Of a stretch of DNA of 64,000 bases, positions 28,944 through 38,457 are shown piece after piece. A program made the translations under genes and the position numbers. Each line of letters opens with the position of its first letter. Position 1 is the stretch's first letter. This DNA is from a virus: positions 64,001 through 128,000 of IMG/VR virus record IMGVR_UViG_3300018080_000105. The stretch is one strand, 5' to 3'. A model generated the notes under the pieces. It worked only from the letters and a program-made list of their open reading frames with translations. It had not been told where the DNA came from and made no database searches.

Positions 28944-29630
28944 TCAAAGAGAGGCGGCGTTCTTCTCCAGAATCGCCTTGCCGTCCGGGATGATTGGGTA
29001 TTCAACTTCCATACGTTCGTACTCATTGTCGTCACGATCATGCAAGAACCAGAACGCCTCAGTCAGCAGTCCTTTCTCCAGGATCTCCTCAGCCAGCTTT
29101 TCTGTTTCCTCAGATCGCCGTGCCTGTTCTTCCGCGCGGGCATATCGCTCCCACATTCGATGCGTAGCCACCCGCAGTTCATCATCAGCAGGGTCAATGT
29201 CCGCGACAATCGTCTTCGGCTTATTCATCGCGACAGGATAAGACTTGTAATACCCTTGGTCACGACGGTCTCGCATCACGTCCAAACAGGCCGTGCCCAG
29301 TTCGTCAATGTTGCGACACAGGTAGTAACGGTCCTCGTGCTTCTCTTTGAAGACCAGCAGCGTCGGCTGGTCGATCATGGCCTGGACCTGTCGGACATAG
29401 CTCATCGACACCTGCACTTCGGCGAACGGTGTGCCCTCGGGAACACACACACGCACACGGATACGCCCCGGCTGCGGCATGACCCACGTCTGTTTCAGAT
29501 CACTCCACGCACGCAAGTGGTAAGCGTCTTCACCTGCACGCGGCCAGGTGTGGTCATAGACGTACTCGAACTTACCGGCGAACAGTGTGTTGAACTCCGA
29601 CAATGTGATTGTTTCAGCTGCTTTTGTCAT
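28944..29630 (-). CDS. Hypothetical protein
   Basis: AAGGAAG SD before ATG 29630. Confidence 0.6.
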   Translation of the reverse strand: MTKAAETITLSEFNTLFAGKFEYVYDHTWPRAGEDAYHLRAWSDLKQTWVMPQPGRIRVRVCVPEGTPFAEVQVSMSYVRQVQAMIDQPTLLVFKEKHEDRYYLCRNIDELGTACLDVMRDRRDQGYYKSYPVAMNKPKTIVADIDPADDELRVATHRMWERYARAEEQARRSEETEKLAEEILEKGLLTEAFWFLHDRDDNEYERMEVEYPIIPDGKAILEKNAASL

Positions 29631-29826
29631 CTTCTTCCTTCGCAAAATCCCAACCACGAATCCAGTATTCACGACGCTGCCGTGTCAAGTTAGCCGGACC
29701 AGTAGCGTATTTGTTGTATGTTTGGTACGGGCACGAATCTCGACTGTCCCCGCGGCGGTAGGCCTCTCCGCCGCGTTTCTGACAACCGATCAAGTGCTTA
29801 TTCCACCGAGGACTGTGCATGAGCAT
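29614..29826 (-). CDS. Ribosome modulation factor (RMF)-like protein
   Basis: KRGGEAYRRGDSRDSCPYQTYN...REYWIRGWDFA parallels E. coli RMF (QRGYQAGIAGRSKEMCPYQTLNQRSQWLGGWREA, from memory). Confidence 0.6.
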   Translation of the reverse strand: MLMHSPRWNKHLIGCQKRGGEAYRRGDSRDSCPYQTYNKYATGPANLTRQRREYWIRGWDFAKEEDDKSS

Positions 29827-30085
29827 ACCCCAAGAGTTTCCGAGCAGTCGCGCGGTCGACTTCCATCGTCCGGCGTGGTTTCCACTCCCAACCGTTCCAC
29901 CACTGCTCCAGTATGTTGTACCGGAGAGCATTCTTCTCTTCACCTGTCCACATCGCTGTGGGCAGAAAATGTCGAGAGTCACCGATAATGAATGGGTTAC
30001 GCGGCAAATAACGCCGCTCACCCAGCCGATGCCCGTAAAGACAACAGTTCAGCCGTGTTACCAGTCGTTTTATCCGTCGAATCAA
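29798..30085 (-). CDS. Hypothetical protein
   Basis: Coupled stop/start. Confidence 0.4.
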   Translation of the reverse strand: MIRRIKRLVTRLNCCLYGHRLGERRYLPRNPFIIGDSRHFLPTAMWTGEEKNALRYNILEQWWNGWEWKPRRTMEVDRATARKLLGYAHAQSSVE

Positions 30086-30630
30086 AAGTCTCGCTCCTTC
30101 AGCCAGTCAGCAAATTCTCGGTAAGGTGGCAGATCTGCCGTGGTGGAGCGATTCTCCAACTCTGGCAGATCCCAGTACACATCACGTCTCTCTTCGTACC
30201 TAGCCAGCCAGGCACCCGCAGTGGCTATGTCCATCCAGTACGCCATGAACGCCTGCAGGTTTCGCGTCCGCAAATAATCAATTGCCAACTCACTGTACGC
30301 GTACTGCCAGGCGGCAAACTTCGGACACTCTTCATGCCGTCGGTTGTTTCGCTCCTCTGTCACGACATCCGTCGGCTCCTCGCCGGCCGTGTCGTGGTAC
30401 ATCGACATGACGCCCGTGTCGAAGATAGCCAACGTAGCGTAACAGCCGAAACAGACGTCCCCTTCCCACTCGCCGAACGTGCGGGATTCCAGCTTCACGT
30501 TCTCAAACTCACCCGCGAAGTATGCTTCCGCTCCGCGGATCATGGCGTAAACAGCGTCGCTGGGCTTTTCCCAGATCGTGTTCTTGTACAGAGGGAAACT
30601 ACGCTTCTGAATTACAGTCGTCACGTTCAA
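30082..30630 (-). CDS. Hypothetical protein
   Basis: Operon order. Confidence 0.55.
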   Translation of the reverse strand: MNVTTVIQKRSFPLYKNTIWEKPSDAVYAMIRGAEAYFAGEFENVKLESRTFGEWEGDVCFGCYATLAIFDTGVMSMYHDTAGEEPTDVVTEERNNRRHEECPKFAAWQYAYSELAIDYLRTRNLQAFMAYWMDIATAGAWLARYEERRDVYWDLPELENRSTTADLPPYREFADWLKERDF

Positions 30631-31096
30631 ATGCCTTCCTGATCCGGTTCACGGCGTTGCGTAACTCTTCCAGGTCGTCGCGATGCTCAAAGTTGAACTG
30701 GAACTCATGCGGTGTCACGAATCCAACACTGTCCGGGTAGTGCGTCTCCACGATCTCAGCCTGCTGGCAAGCCCGGCCGATCGCATCCACATCTGCGGAG
30801 TCAACATTGAAAGGTCGCCCATACAATCGCTTCAGAATCTCCAGTGCCAGGTCCCGAAACAAATCCTTGTCAGGGTGATCGACCCGCGGGTCGTCTGCCT
30901 CATTAAGCAACGCTGCCGCGATCACCACCGGTGGCAGGTCTTCCCCGCCCGCGCCAAAGCAGTCCACGCCCCAGCCTTCAGTAATCCACTCCCTCGCTTG
31001 TTGGATATAACCCTCGCGACTCTGCCCGTTAATTGCCAGGTGGCCAGCATCAACCTCCTTCAACCAGTCCATTATTGCGATGGTATTCTTCATCAC
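30599..31096 (-). CDS. Hypothetical protein
   Basis: GAGG SD, operon order. Confidence 0.55.
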   Translation of the reverse strand: MMKNTIAIMDWLKEVDAGHLAINGQSREGYIQQAREWITEGWGVDCFGAGGEDLPPVVIAAALLNEADDPRVDHPDKDLFRDLALEILKRLYGRPFNVDSADVDAIGRACQQAEIVETHYPDSVGFVTPHEFQFNFEHRDDLEELRNAVNRIRKAFERDDCNSEA

Positions 31097-31237
31097 TTCC
31101 TCTCAGCCTTCGGTTTCTCCCACGTGTCGTAACGACCCCGCATGCAGTAGCACACCAGACAGATCGCGTAGCTCATTCCACTGGGATAACGTACCCAGTG
31201 AACTCTCCAGCCTTTCTTGCGGCATTTACACACCGCG

Positions 31238-32155
31238 TCACTTGTCCTCGAAGCCAGTCGGGATCTCGGTCATCTTCTTCCCTCGCACCACTGATCCTTT
31301 GATCGGCCGAAGGCGAGGCACCAGATCTTCGTGCCCTTCCTCCCGCATGTGGCGAATTCCAAAGTGAGGTCGACGAGTATGGGGCGTGGACTCCAGCGTC
31401 CTGCCGAGCGACCAACCCTGCCCCTTGCGTTTCTCGGCACGCTTAATGACGTCATCAGTCAGAGGCTTACCCTCATCCCGTTTGCAGACGTCGCGCTCCA
31501 GCAGGCCCAGGTCACCATCTACCAGCAGGCCAAGACAAGCCACCAGCCGGTGTTGCAGGATGTCGATTTCATCCTCTACGTGCTCTTCTTCTGTCTTCTC
31601 AATAACGTTGATCAGCGGCGCACCATTCATACCAATCAACGTGCCCAGCGTTTCAGGGTCCTCTCGTGACAACGGAAACCGCTGCATACGCTGTGTCTGA
31701 TCATCCATGTCAGACCACACCGAGACGTTCGAGTTGCCGGTATCCTCGTTGTACTGCACGATCAACAAATGCGATCGATCAGGTTGTCGCAGCTCCAGTG
31801 CCTGCGTCGTGTACGTGTCGCACTCTTCCAGCTTCTCCCGGCTGGCATTCTCCGCAAACGGCGGGAGCAACCGCGGAACATGTGGCAACCGAAACGGACG
31901 CACAGGAGTGTCATCCGGAATCTTTGCCGCCATCTCTGCGATACACGGGTAGATGTTGTAGTACGGCCTCCCGGCACGAAACCAGGAAAACTCGCACAGC
32001 AGAATGGACCAACGATCCGGTTCCACTTCAAAAGTTACACCGGCTCTGGACAGCTCTTCCAGTTCACTTTCGTAGTATTCAGTCGCCTGAAGTAACGGAG
32101 CCGCCTTGCTCTTGTAGTCAATCTTCAGCTCCGGTTTGTATCTCACAAAATCCAT
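31238..32155 (-). CDS. Hypothetical protein with C-terminal PHxRRxH motif
   Basis: STPHTRRPHFGIRH...LRPIKGSVV; preceded by the 13-mer motif and a GGGAGA SD. Confidence 0.7.
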   Translation of the reverse strand: MDFVRYKPELKIDYKSKAAPLLQATEYYESELEELSRAGVTFEVEPDRWSILLCEFSWFRAGRPYYNIYPCIAEMAAKIPDDTPVRPFRLPHVPRLLPPFAENASREKLEECDTYTTQALELRQPDRSHLLIVQYNEDTGNSNVSVWSDMDDQTQRMQRFPLSREDPETLGTLIGMNGAPLINVIEKTEEEHVEDEIDILQHRLVACLGLLVDGDLGLLERDVCKRDEGKPLTDDVIKRAEKRKGQGWSLGRTLESTPHTRRPHFGIRHMREEGHEDLVPRLRPIKGSVVRGKKMTEIPTGFEDK

Positions 32156-32175
32156 CTACGCTTCTCCCGTTGAGG

Positions 32176-32188
32176 GTTCTTATTTACC
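32176..32188 (-). promoter_or_regulatory. Dispersed 13-mer GGTAAATAAGAAC, copy 3
   Basis: Exact copy 20 nt upstream of ATG 32155. Confidence 0.75.
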
Positions 32189-32267
32189 AAACACAACTGC
32201 TTGTCATACACGGCAGTTGCCACCGTGCACACGCCTCCCAGGTCGTGAAGTTTCTTGGGTTGAGGGT

Positions 32268-33311
32268 TTAAGCGGGCGGTAAGTTACGCATTGCCGACAG
32301 ACACATGCCCTCCAATGACGGCACGCAATAGTCAGGCGTGTGACAATCCAGAACATCCGGCGGAGCAACCAGGTAATAGTCGCAGAGGCCGAAGTCATTC
32401 ATCATGTCGTAGATCTTCCCGGTGTTGCCGCCGTAACCGTATGCCGCGCCGCCAGCACACCATCTCGCAATGAGATAATGAAAACGCCCCAGCATGGCCG
32501 CCTTTGGCTCAGCGATCATCTCCCACCAGGCCTCCAATGATGTAGCGTTGAGCATGTGCACACAGCTCTCATTCTCCACCATCCCCACGTCAACAAGCAC
32601 AGCGTCGAGCCAGTTCTGCTCATCGATCGACGGATACGCAGGGGCTCCCATAGGCCAGTCTATGTCAGTATCGAACCGGTGGAGCATCGTCGTAACGATC
32701 CCTCGCACATCCGATCCGGGGTCGCTGGTACCGGAGAACAGTATCGAGTCAGAGCATCGCAATTTGGGCGGCTCCAACTCTGACAACCACAGCGGCAGGC
32801 AATCAAACGCCAACTCTGCTGTCGCACCCAGCTTCTCCACGGCCTTCTGCGATCCCGACTCCCGGACCGCAATGTAATCAGCCGCCTGATAGGCCCGGCG
32901 ATACCACCGCACATAGTTGTACGACGCCGCATGAAACAGGGAGACCGTGTGATTCACAATCCACACAGTCTTCTTCAGGTGTGTCTTCGCGGCGTACGCC
33001 AGATACAAAAGCCGGCGAACACCCGCCTTGTCTCTGTGAAGCGTGCCCTCGCCATTGATCACAATGACATCAGACTCCACCACAGCATCGCCGCCTGACC
33101 AGCCAAGCAGGAACTGAGTAAACTTGCCAGCATGATCCCAGTCGTCGAATGTCGGGACCGGATGTGCTGGCCTCTCGTATGTAGCCAGGATGCTCACGGG
33201 CCGCACATCATCAAATCTCGTCAGCAACAAGTGCTTCAGGCCCAGCGAAGTCCCGTGACACCCCCAGTGATACCAGTCGGTGGTATCGTTCAACAGTGCC
33301 GCCACTGCCAT
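32268..33311 (-). CDS. Polysaccharide pyruvyltransferase-family protein
   Basis: NDT..WYHWGC, VINGEGTLH, IAVRESGS, FDC, GRFH. Confidence 0.75.
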   Translation of the reverse strand: MAVAALLNDTTDWYHWGCHGTSLGLKHLLLTRFDDVRPVSILATYERPAHPVPTFDDWDHAGKFTQFLLGWSGGDAVVESDVIVINGEGTLHRDKAGVRRLLYLAYAAKTHLKKTVWIVNHTVSLFHAASYNYVRWYRRAYQAADYIAVRESGSQKAVEKLGATAELAFDCLPLWLSELEPPKLRCSDSILFSGTSDPGSDVRGIVTTMLHRFDTDIDWPMGAPAYPSIDEQNWLDAVLVDVGMVENESCVHMLNATSLEAWWEMIAEPKAAMLGRFHYLIARWCAGGAAYGYGGNTGKIYDMMNDFGLCDYYLVAPPDVLDCHTPDYCVPSLEGMCLSAMRNLPPA

Positions 33312-33324
33312 GTACTACTCCTCG

Positions 33325-33846
33325 TCAATACGGCCCTTCGTCGTAAGCGAAACGGATTGAAGCACCCATCTGCGCACCAGCAGCAAGCATCGGAGCCGCC
33401 CTCATTGGCTTTCCATCCGTGGGCGACAACGGAAAGTCATCCCGTTGAATCACCACCCAGGCCCAGAGATCCCCAGGCACCGGGTCGCTGAAGTATCCTT
33501 GTATCCAGGCCGTACTGCCCGGGAAGTTGGCCATAAGCCGCTCGAAACCAACGAGCTGCTCTTTGTACTCAACCAGGAACTTCTGGATTCTACGATTTGA
33601 CCCGCTCAACAACCAGCAACCCAACATGATGTGTTGTGGAAGTTTCTCCGAATCAATGGCGTAGTGCGTCCGCGGAATCCGCTGCAGCACCAATCCATTC
33701 CATTCAAACGAGTCAACCACTGGCTCTCGCGTACTAAGCGAGGCCGCCAGTGGGGATCCAATCATGGCAGCAGCGCTACCCGCCAGGAACTGTCTCCGAT
33801 TCACCAGGCACCTCCTGCATCTGACGACATGACTCGTGGAATTCAA
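33325..33846 (-). CDS. Hypothetical protein with Tat-like signal
   Basis: NRRQFLAGSAAAMIGSPLAA. Confidence 0.5.
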   Translation of the reverse strand: MNSTSHVVRCRRCLVNRRQFLAGSAAAMIGSPLAASLSTREPVVDSFEWNGLVLQRIPRTHYAIDSEKLPQHIMLGCWLLSGSNRRIQKFLVEYKEQLVGFERLMANFPGSTAWIQGYFSDPVPGDLWAWVVIQRDDFPLSPTDGKPMRAAPMLAAGAQMGASIRFAYDEGPY

Positions 33847-34219
33847 GACGCCTCGCCTGCTCCAGCTGCAGCATCTTTATCTTCGCCTCTTCCGGATGAA
33901 CCATCTCTTCCTGCTCCGCCATCTTGGTGAACCAGGCAAACAACTCGATCCAGATCTTGTTGCGGCCGTTGTCGCGTTTCTCCGCACACGGCAGGCACCC
34001 GTACTGCGTTCCAATGTACCCGATATGCTCAGACTTGCCAGCGTCGGGATGGTGGTTCGGAACCCGCGGCAGCCCACAATTCATACACGGGTGCTCTGGG
34101 TTATCCAGCAGCGTCTGCATGCGACCCCGAAGAGCGTCCAGATACTGGGGCCTGGCTTTCTCCGAATTGTCCACCGCATTCAGGTATTCCTGCAACAACG
34201 GCAGTAAACTGGGCATCAT
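33776..34219 (-). CDS. Hypothetical protein with CxxC...CxxC
   Basis: CMNC, CLPC. Confidence 0.55.
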   Translation of the reverse strand: MMPSLLPLLQEYLNAVDNSEKARPQYLDALRGRMQTLLDNPEHPCMNCGLPRVPNHHPDAGKSEHIGYIGTQYGCLPCAEKRDNGRNKIWIELFAWFTKMAEQEEMVHPEEAKIKMLQLEQARRLEFHESCRQMQEVPGESETVPGG

Positions 34220-34614
34220 TCCTCCTCTGGGGTATTACGTGCCACAAAATTCAGTATGGAAACCGGAACAGCGTAGTCACGATCCCACGCTCGTTCATTC
34301 TCCACTTCTTCAAGCAAAGCGATGACCGGCTCAGGAGAGTAACAACTCATATCATTCCAAAGCCAAGGATAGCGGAGCTCAAACCGCTCTCGAACCAGTG
34401 ACTTTACCCGCCCGTAGAAGCTCCCTGGATCGTCTTCATCGCAGAAGAAACCGGACGCACGTATGGCCCCTTCCAGACACCAGCGGCAAGCGGTCGAGGC
34501 ATCCCAATCGACAGGCGCATTATCTCTGTTTCTGGCCATCTGCGACTGCGTCCAGCCCAGCCGAATCAACTGACTGGGACGGACAGGCATTCCTGTGAGT
34601 TGTGCCGTTGTCAT
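34216..34614 (-). CDS. DUF6197-like phage protein (paralog 1)
   Basis: LGWTQ...CRWCLEGAI...LWND pattern. Confidence 0.55.
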   Translation of the reverse strand: MTTAQLTGMPVRPSQLIRLGWTQSQMARNRDNAPVDWDASTACRWCLEGAIRASGFFCDEDDPGSFYGRVKSLVRERFELRYPWLWNDMSCYSPEPVIALLEEVENERAWDRDYAVPVSILNFVARNTPEEE

Positions 34615-35003
34615 ACCGCCCCTTCTTCCATCACGATCAGCGAACCCAGTCCTTCGCGTGCCAGCAACTGACACAACGCAGCATCGGCTTTGTCTTTCGC
34701 CAGCTGGATAGCCTCGTCAACCATGGCGGAATCATCCGGATCAGCCACCAGCACGTATTGTGAGATTTGAGTAGAACAGCCTGGCAGAGTCGCCCGATAC
34801 ACAATGATCGGAGGTTTATGAGCGTTCGGAGCCGCCCTGCGACTCACGTAAGCGAGTTGCTCGCCCATACCGTCCAGCCGCTCCCAGTTAGCCGGCACAC
34901 TGCCATCTTCCTGCCACGGCGTACAAAATCCTCGCAGAGTCTTCTGCAGTTGCGCGATTGTGTGTGGTGCTTCAACCAAAACACATTCCTCAATGAAAGT
35001 CAT
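34611..35003 (-). CDS. Hypothetical protein
   Basis: Coupled stop/start. Confidence 0.5.
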   Translation of the reverse strand: MTFIEECVLVEAPHTIAQLQKTLRGFCTPWQEDGSVPANWERLDGMGEQLAYVSRRAAPNAHKPPIIVYRATLPGCSTQISQYVLVADPDDSAMVDEAIQLAKDKADAALCQLLAREGLGSLIVMEEGAV

Positions 35004-35727
35004 CCGGCGTGCTCTCGGCATTTGTAGCCTGCAGCTCGCCATTCCCGTCACGGAAGTACACGTCAAACGGCGCAGCAAACTCCCGGCCGAAGCCAGTCAT
35101 AGCCGCATCCGCGTCAACGTACTCAGAGGCAAGAGCAAAGCCTACCTCTTCAATTGCGTCACCCTCAGCCGAGAACACCCAGCCACGCATATCACTGTCG
35201 ACAACAGATGTTGTCTGTTTACGACGCGCCACTTCGTCTTCACTCACGTACGTACCCAGGGAGCCATTGCGAACGTAGTAATGGAACCCCTCGCGGTCAT
35301 ACAGCATGCTGCCCGGTTGCAGCACCTCCACAACATAAACACCGTCACCATATACGAACGGGAACTCTACCCCGTGACGCGTCGCTTCAGGTTCCTGATT
35401 TACGAAAATCAAATGCTCACCGATCGCGTACTGCGACCGGGGCACAATCCCGTTGTAAATCATCGCCCTCGTGGCAATGGCCGCCAGCTTTCGCAACCCA
35501 GCCAGGGCGGAAGTAACCTGTTTGGTGTTGTTCACCTGCCATTCGGCTGCATTGTCAGCCCAGTCATCCTCCACCTTTCTCAGGTAGCGGCGAAGCAGCG
35601 TGCAGAAGCCAGGAATGTCCTTGGCTTCATCTTCAGTTCTACGTGACAGGTCGTCCTGGTATCGCAGCTCAGACCAAATGGCCTCAACCGCTTGCTCCAG
35701 CTCCTGTCTGTGCACGTTCCTTGGCAT
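34990..35727 (-). CDS. Hypothetical protein; N-terminal helical MazG-like segment
   Basis: AIWSELRYQD...YLRKVEDDW...LRKLAAIATRAM..G. Confidence 0.5.
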   Translation of the reverse strand: MPRNVHRQELEQAVEAIWSELRYQDDLSRRTEDEAKDIPGFCTLLRRYLRKVEDDWADNAAEWQVNNTKQVTSALAGLRKLAAIATRAMIYNGIVPRSQYAIGEHLIFVNQEPEATRHGVEFPFVYGDGVYVVEVLQPGSMLYDREGFHYYVRNGSLGTYVSEDEVARRKQTTSVVDSDMRGWVFSAEGDAIEEVGFALASEYVDADAAMTGFGREFAAPFDVYFRDGNGELQATNAESTPDDFH

Positions 35728-35953
35728 CTCTTCTCCACAGTAAGTGATTACGTGTGTACATCATCAACAGAATGACGGCCATGGGCAGAAAGCCCCAGGT
35801 CTCACTGGCGATGATCCAGGTGAACCAGACGAACTGGTTGACGATCCTCGGTGCAAACGCCCACCAAACCTTATGGCCTGACAGCCACGTCGTCCATAAC
35901 GTGATCACCGACGCCACCCATGGCAGATACGTCGTCAACAGTTCCCTCGTCAT
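35684..35953 (-). CDS. PnuC-like small membrane protein
   Basis: Three TM-like segments, W...G.K.WWAF...NQFVWF. Confidence 0.5.
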   Translation of the reverse strand: MTRELLTTYLPWVASVITLWTTWLSGHKVWWAFAPRIVNQFVWFTWIIASETWGFLPMAVILLMMYTRNHLLWRRDAKERAQTGAGASG

Positions 35954-36189
35954 TTGCTGTCTCCACTGCGGTCGATCGCGACCGTGTACTCCGGACTTAC
36001 CGGCTTCGCCCTCAACAGACTGGGGCCGGCAATGAACTCGTATGTTCTTGTGTTGCTTGAATTGATGAAGCGGCAACGCTGAGCGTGAGCCTCAGCAACC
36101 TGCCGCTTGTTCTCGGTAGACAGTCGCCCGTCCACACGGATGGTGTTGTCCGACCCCAACCCGTCGGTGAAGTCGATGTAATGCTTCAT
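35950..36189 (-). CDS. Hypothetical protein
   Basis: AAGGAGG SD. Confidence 0.5.
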   Translation of the reverse strand: MKHYIDFTDGLGSDNTIRVDGRLSTENKRQVAEAHAQRCRFINSSNTRTYEFIAGPSLLRAKPVSPEYTVAIDRSGDSK

Positions 36190-36198
36190 CAGCCCTCC

Positions 36199-36363
36199 TT
36201 AGAGCCAGTGCTGAAATGCGTGATCGAGGACAACGCAGGCGATGCCGCCGATCACCGCACCGAAAAACCAGCCAAAGACAATGACGAACGCAATCAATGC
36301 GTCCGGCGGTGTACAGTCTCGGGCTGGCGGAGATTCAAAGTCACAACGGTATGGATTATCCAT
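36199..36363 (-). CDS. 54-aa membrane protein (below ORF-track cutoff)
   Basis: Hand translation MDNPYRCDFESPP...LIAFVIVFGWFFGAVIGGIACVVL; stop abuts the next SD. Confidence 0.45.
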   Translation of the reverse strand: MDNPYRCDFESPPARDCTPPDALIAFVIVFGWFFGAVIGGIACVVLDHAFQHWL

Positions 36364-36380
36364 GGGTTCCTTCCCTTTGG

Positions 36381-36713
36381 TTAGTAGCCGTATTCTCCCT
36401 GTGCGGGCAGCTGCAACAACAACTCACGATACATTTTCAACCCGAAATCCTTCTCGACATACAGCTGCTTCAGAATCGCAGGCACAGCGTCGAGACTGGC
36501 TTCCAAATAGCCCTCACGATCGTTGATGCGCCCGTTATGCAACCGATGATGATACACGATCAGGAAGTAACCACGGGAGGTCTTGTAGACACCCAGCTCA
36601 CGAACCGAGTCAGCACCCGGTGCTGTGTACCAGGCCAGCCGATCCATTTCCTGTACATTACCGTAGATCGGCCGATCGTCAGTGATGTAAATCTTATCGG
36701 GTTCAGTCGTCAT
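36381..36713 (-). CDS. Hypothetical protein
   Basis: GAGGA SD before ATG 36713. Confidence 0.55.
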   Translation of the reverse strand: MTTEPDKIYITDDRPIYGNVQEMDRLAWYTAPGADSVRELGVYKTSRGYFLIVYHHRLHNGRINDREGYLEASLDAVPAILKQLYVEKDFGLKMYRELLLQLPAQGEYGY

Positions 36714-36909
36714 TGGTGTCCTCATTGAATTCCCATTCGATCTTGATGTGGCGAGCAATCAACTGGTCTTCCACATCCATCATCGAGCGAGCAAATCCTA
36801 CTTTATCGTTGGGATGTTTTGCTTTCAGTACGCAGTCTGCTTCCAGCAACTTCTTCTTCTCACCCTCGAAGTGAAACATCAACGCGGCTTTGACTTCCGT
36901 CACGCTCAT
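36703..36909 (-). CDS. Hypothetical protein
   Basis: Coupled. Confidence 0.5.
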   Translation of the reverse strand: MSVTEVKAALMFHFEGEKKKLLEADCVLKAKHPNDKVGFARSMMDVEDQLIARHIKIEWEFNEDTNDD

Positions 36910-37751
36910 GAATCGTGCTGCTTCTTCATGCGACCGGCCTCGAACACTTGTCGAGTAACCGCCTGGGAGATGTTCAGTGTCTTACCGACTGCATCGTCCC
37001 ACTCTTTCCAGGTGGCATATTCGTACGCGTCTTCTTCCGTCTCGCCGTACAGCTGCAACAACGCAGACACATACGCATCATCTGCACGATGACCGTCCAG
37101 GTGCAGCATGAGAAGAGCATCTGCTCTCCCGTCTGCCGCCAGGCTGATAACCATACGCGTGGCATCTTCATCGTGCACAAGATCCGGAGCCGTCTCGTCC
37201 AATTTCTGGATCCGTAACACTCCCTCGGTGTTAAACAGCCCGATATGCAACGCTGCCAGATTGTTGAACGCCGGAATCTTCACGGGCGGTCGATCGTTCC
37301 GCTCGTCGCTCTCTGCGTTCGCTTGCCGCACCTGGCTGTTGATCGCACGCACCAGCATACGAAGAGAAAACGGCGTGTCACAATGGTAGACGCCGCAGCC
37401 CAACCCTTTGTACACGTCAATGGGTGCGGGTGCTGTGCAGTCACCACCAACACGGGCCGAATTACCCGCCATAACGTGTAGCCAGTTAGCGTATGCCAGG
37501 TCCAGCCCTGGCCCCTGACACGCCCAGTACCGCCATGCGCGAGTGAATCGCCAGCTGTGGAGCGTACCGAACACGCTTGTCTGTACTTCCCCCGGAACAG
37601 TTACCGGGAACTCTTGTATATCGATCTCCGCAGCTTGCAGCTCGCCCTTCACCTGTTCGTCAACGCCCGATAACCCTGCGAGGTTTCCAAATTGTTTCAA
37701 CTCATCCGCTGCGTAAGTAGGCATCTCAGTCGGCAGATTCACCTGCATCAT
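36906..37751 (-). CDS. Hypothetical protein
   Basis: GEV...V.G.LHSWRFTRAWRYW.C.G motif typical of a conserved phage family. Confidence 0.65.
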   Translation of the reverse strand: MMQVNLPTEMPTYAADELKQFGNLAGLSGVDEQVKGELQAAEIDIQEFPVTVPGEVQTSVFGTLHSWRFTRAWRYWACQGPGLDLAYANWLHVMAGNSARVGGDCTAPAPIDVYKGLGCGVYHCDTPFSLRMLVRAINSQVRQANAESDERNDRPPVKIPAFNNLAALHIGLFNTEGVLRIQKLDETAPDLVHDEDATRMVISLAADGRADALLMLHLDGHRADDAYVSALLQLYGETEEDAYEYATWKEWDDAVGKTLNISQAVTRQVFEAGRMKKQHDS

Positions 37752-38043
37752 CTTCAGTCTCTCCTGGTTTCACGAGTTGTGTCGCCGTAATGAGCCAGTC
37801 ACCTAGTGCAGTGCCTTTCTCGTCAATGCCGGCATCGAGCTGTAGCTCGATCTTCTCGGCACCGTTCATTATCGCCCCGTGGATCAGGAACACAGCTGCT
37901 GCCGTGAACCGCAGGGACGCTTTGCAGTCGGTATCATCATTCAAGATGTTGACCGTATGCTTCATCGCACGGCCCAGAGCCGCATCGTCCCACTGGTTGA
38001 ACGGTAGTTTCTTCTCTTCTTCAGTCAGCGTCAGGATGGACAT
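37726..38043 (-). CDS. Hypothetical protein
   Basis: GAGG SD. Confidence 0.55.
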   Translation of the reverse strand: MSILTLTEEEKKLPFNQWDDAALGRAMKHTVNILNDDTDCKASLRFTAAAVFLIHGAIMNGAEKIELQLDAGIDEKGTALGDWLITATQLVKPGETEDDAGESAD

Positions 38044-38287
38044 CGAAATCCTCTACTTCTTCAAAATCCTCCGGGAACTGCCCGAAGATCTCATGGTCAC
38101 GTGATGGCATCAGGAAATGAGCCACACGACTGAATATCTGAGCGTGACGAACACTCACCTGTGCGAGCGGGTTCTGTGCCGCTCGTTGCTTCCTCGCCCA
38201 ATCCATCTCATGCCGGGCACTCTGAATGCACCAGTCACAAAACCGATTACGCTCTTCGGCAGAGAGCTCAATCTTCTGTGTCATCAT
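38021..38287 (-). CDS. Hypothetical protein
   Basis: GAGGAG SD. Confidence 0.5.
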   Translation of the reverse strand: MMTQKIELSAEERNRFCDWCIQSARHEMDWARKQRAAQNPLAQVSVRHAQIFSRVAHFLMPSRDHEIFGQFPEDFEEVEDFDVHPDAD

Positions 38288-38306
38288 TACTCCTCTTGGT
38301 TAAAGT

Positions 38307-38438
38307 GAGTGGCGACCCCTGAAGCCGCCGATAGGCATCGCCACTCATAGGAGAAAGGTCGAGGCTGCCAAACATAACCCCAGCGACCTTTCCGTCCCCA
38401 CCGTCGACTCAGCGGCGCATCATGACGGACAGGTACCG
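38307..38438 (-). ncRNA. Structured RNA element, copy A (unknown class)
   Basis: Intergenic direct-repeat partner of 38458-38578, with compensatory substitutions in two stems. Confidence 0.6.
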
Positions 38439-38457
38439 CACACTATGTGTTTCAAAC

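Noticed and set aside
29683-29688. TTGACA (- strand) sigma70 -35 box
   Set aside because: No convincing -10 at 16-18 nt, and it lies inside a CDS.
36199-36363. NPY..SP-like motif as a Planctomycete host hint
   Set aside because: One short degenerate motif is insufficient to assign a host.
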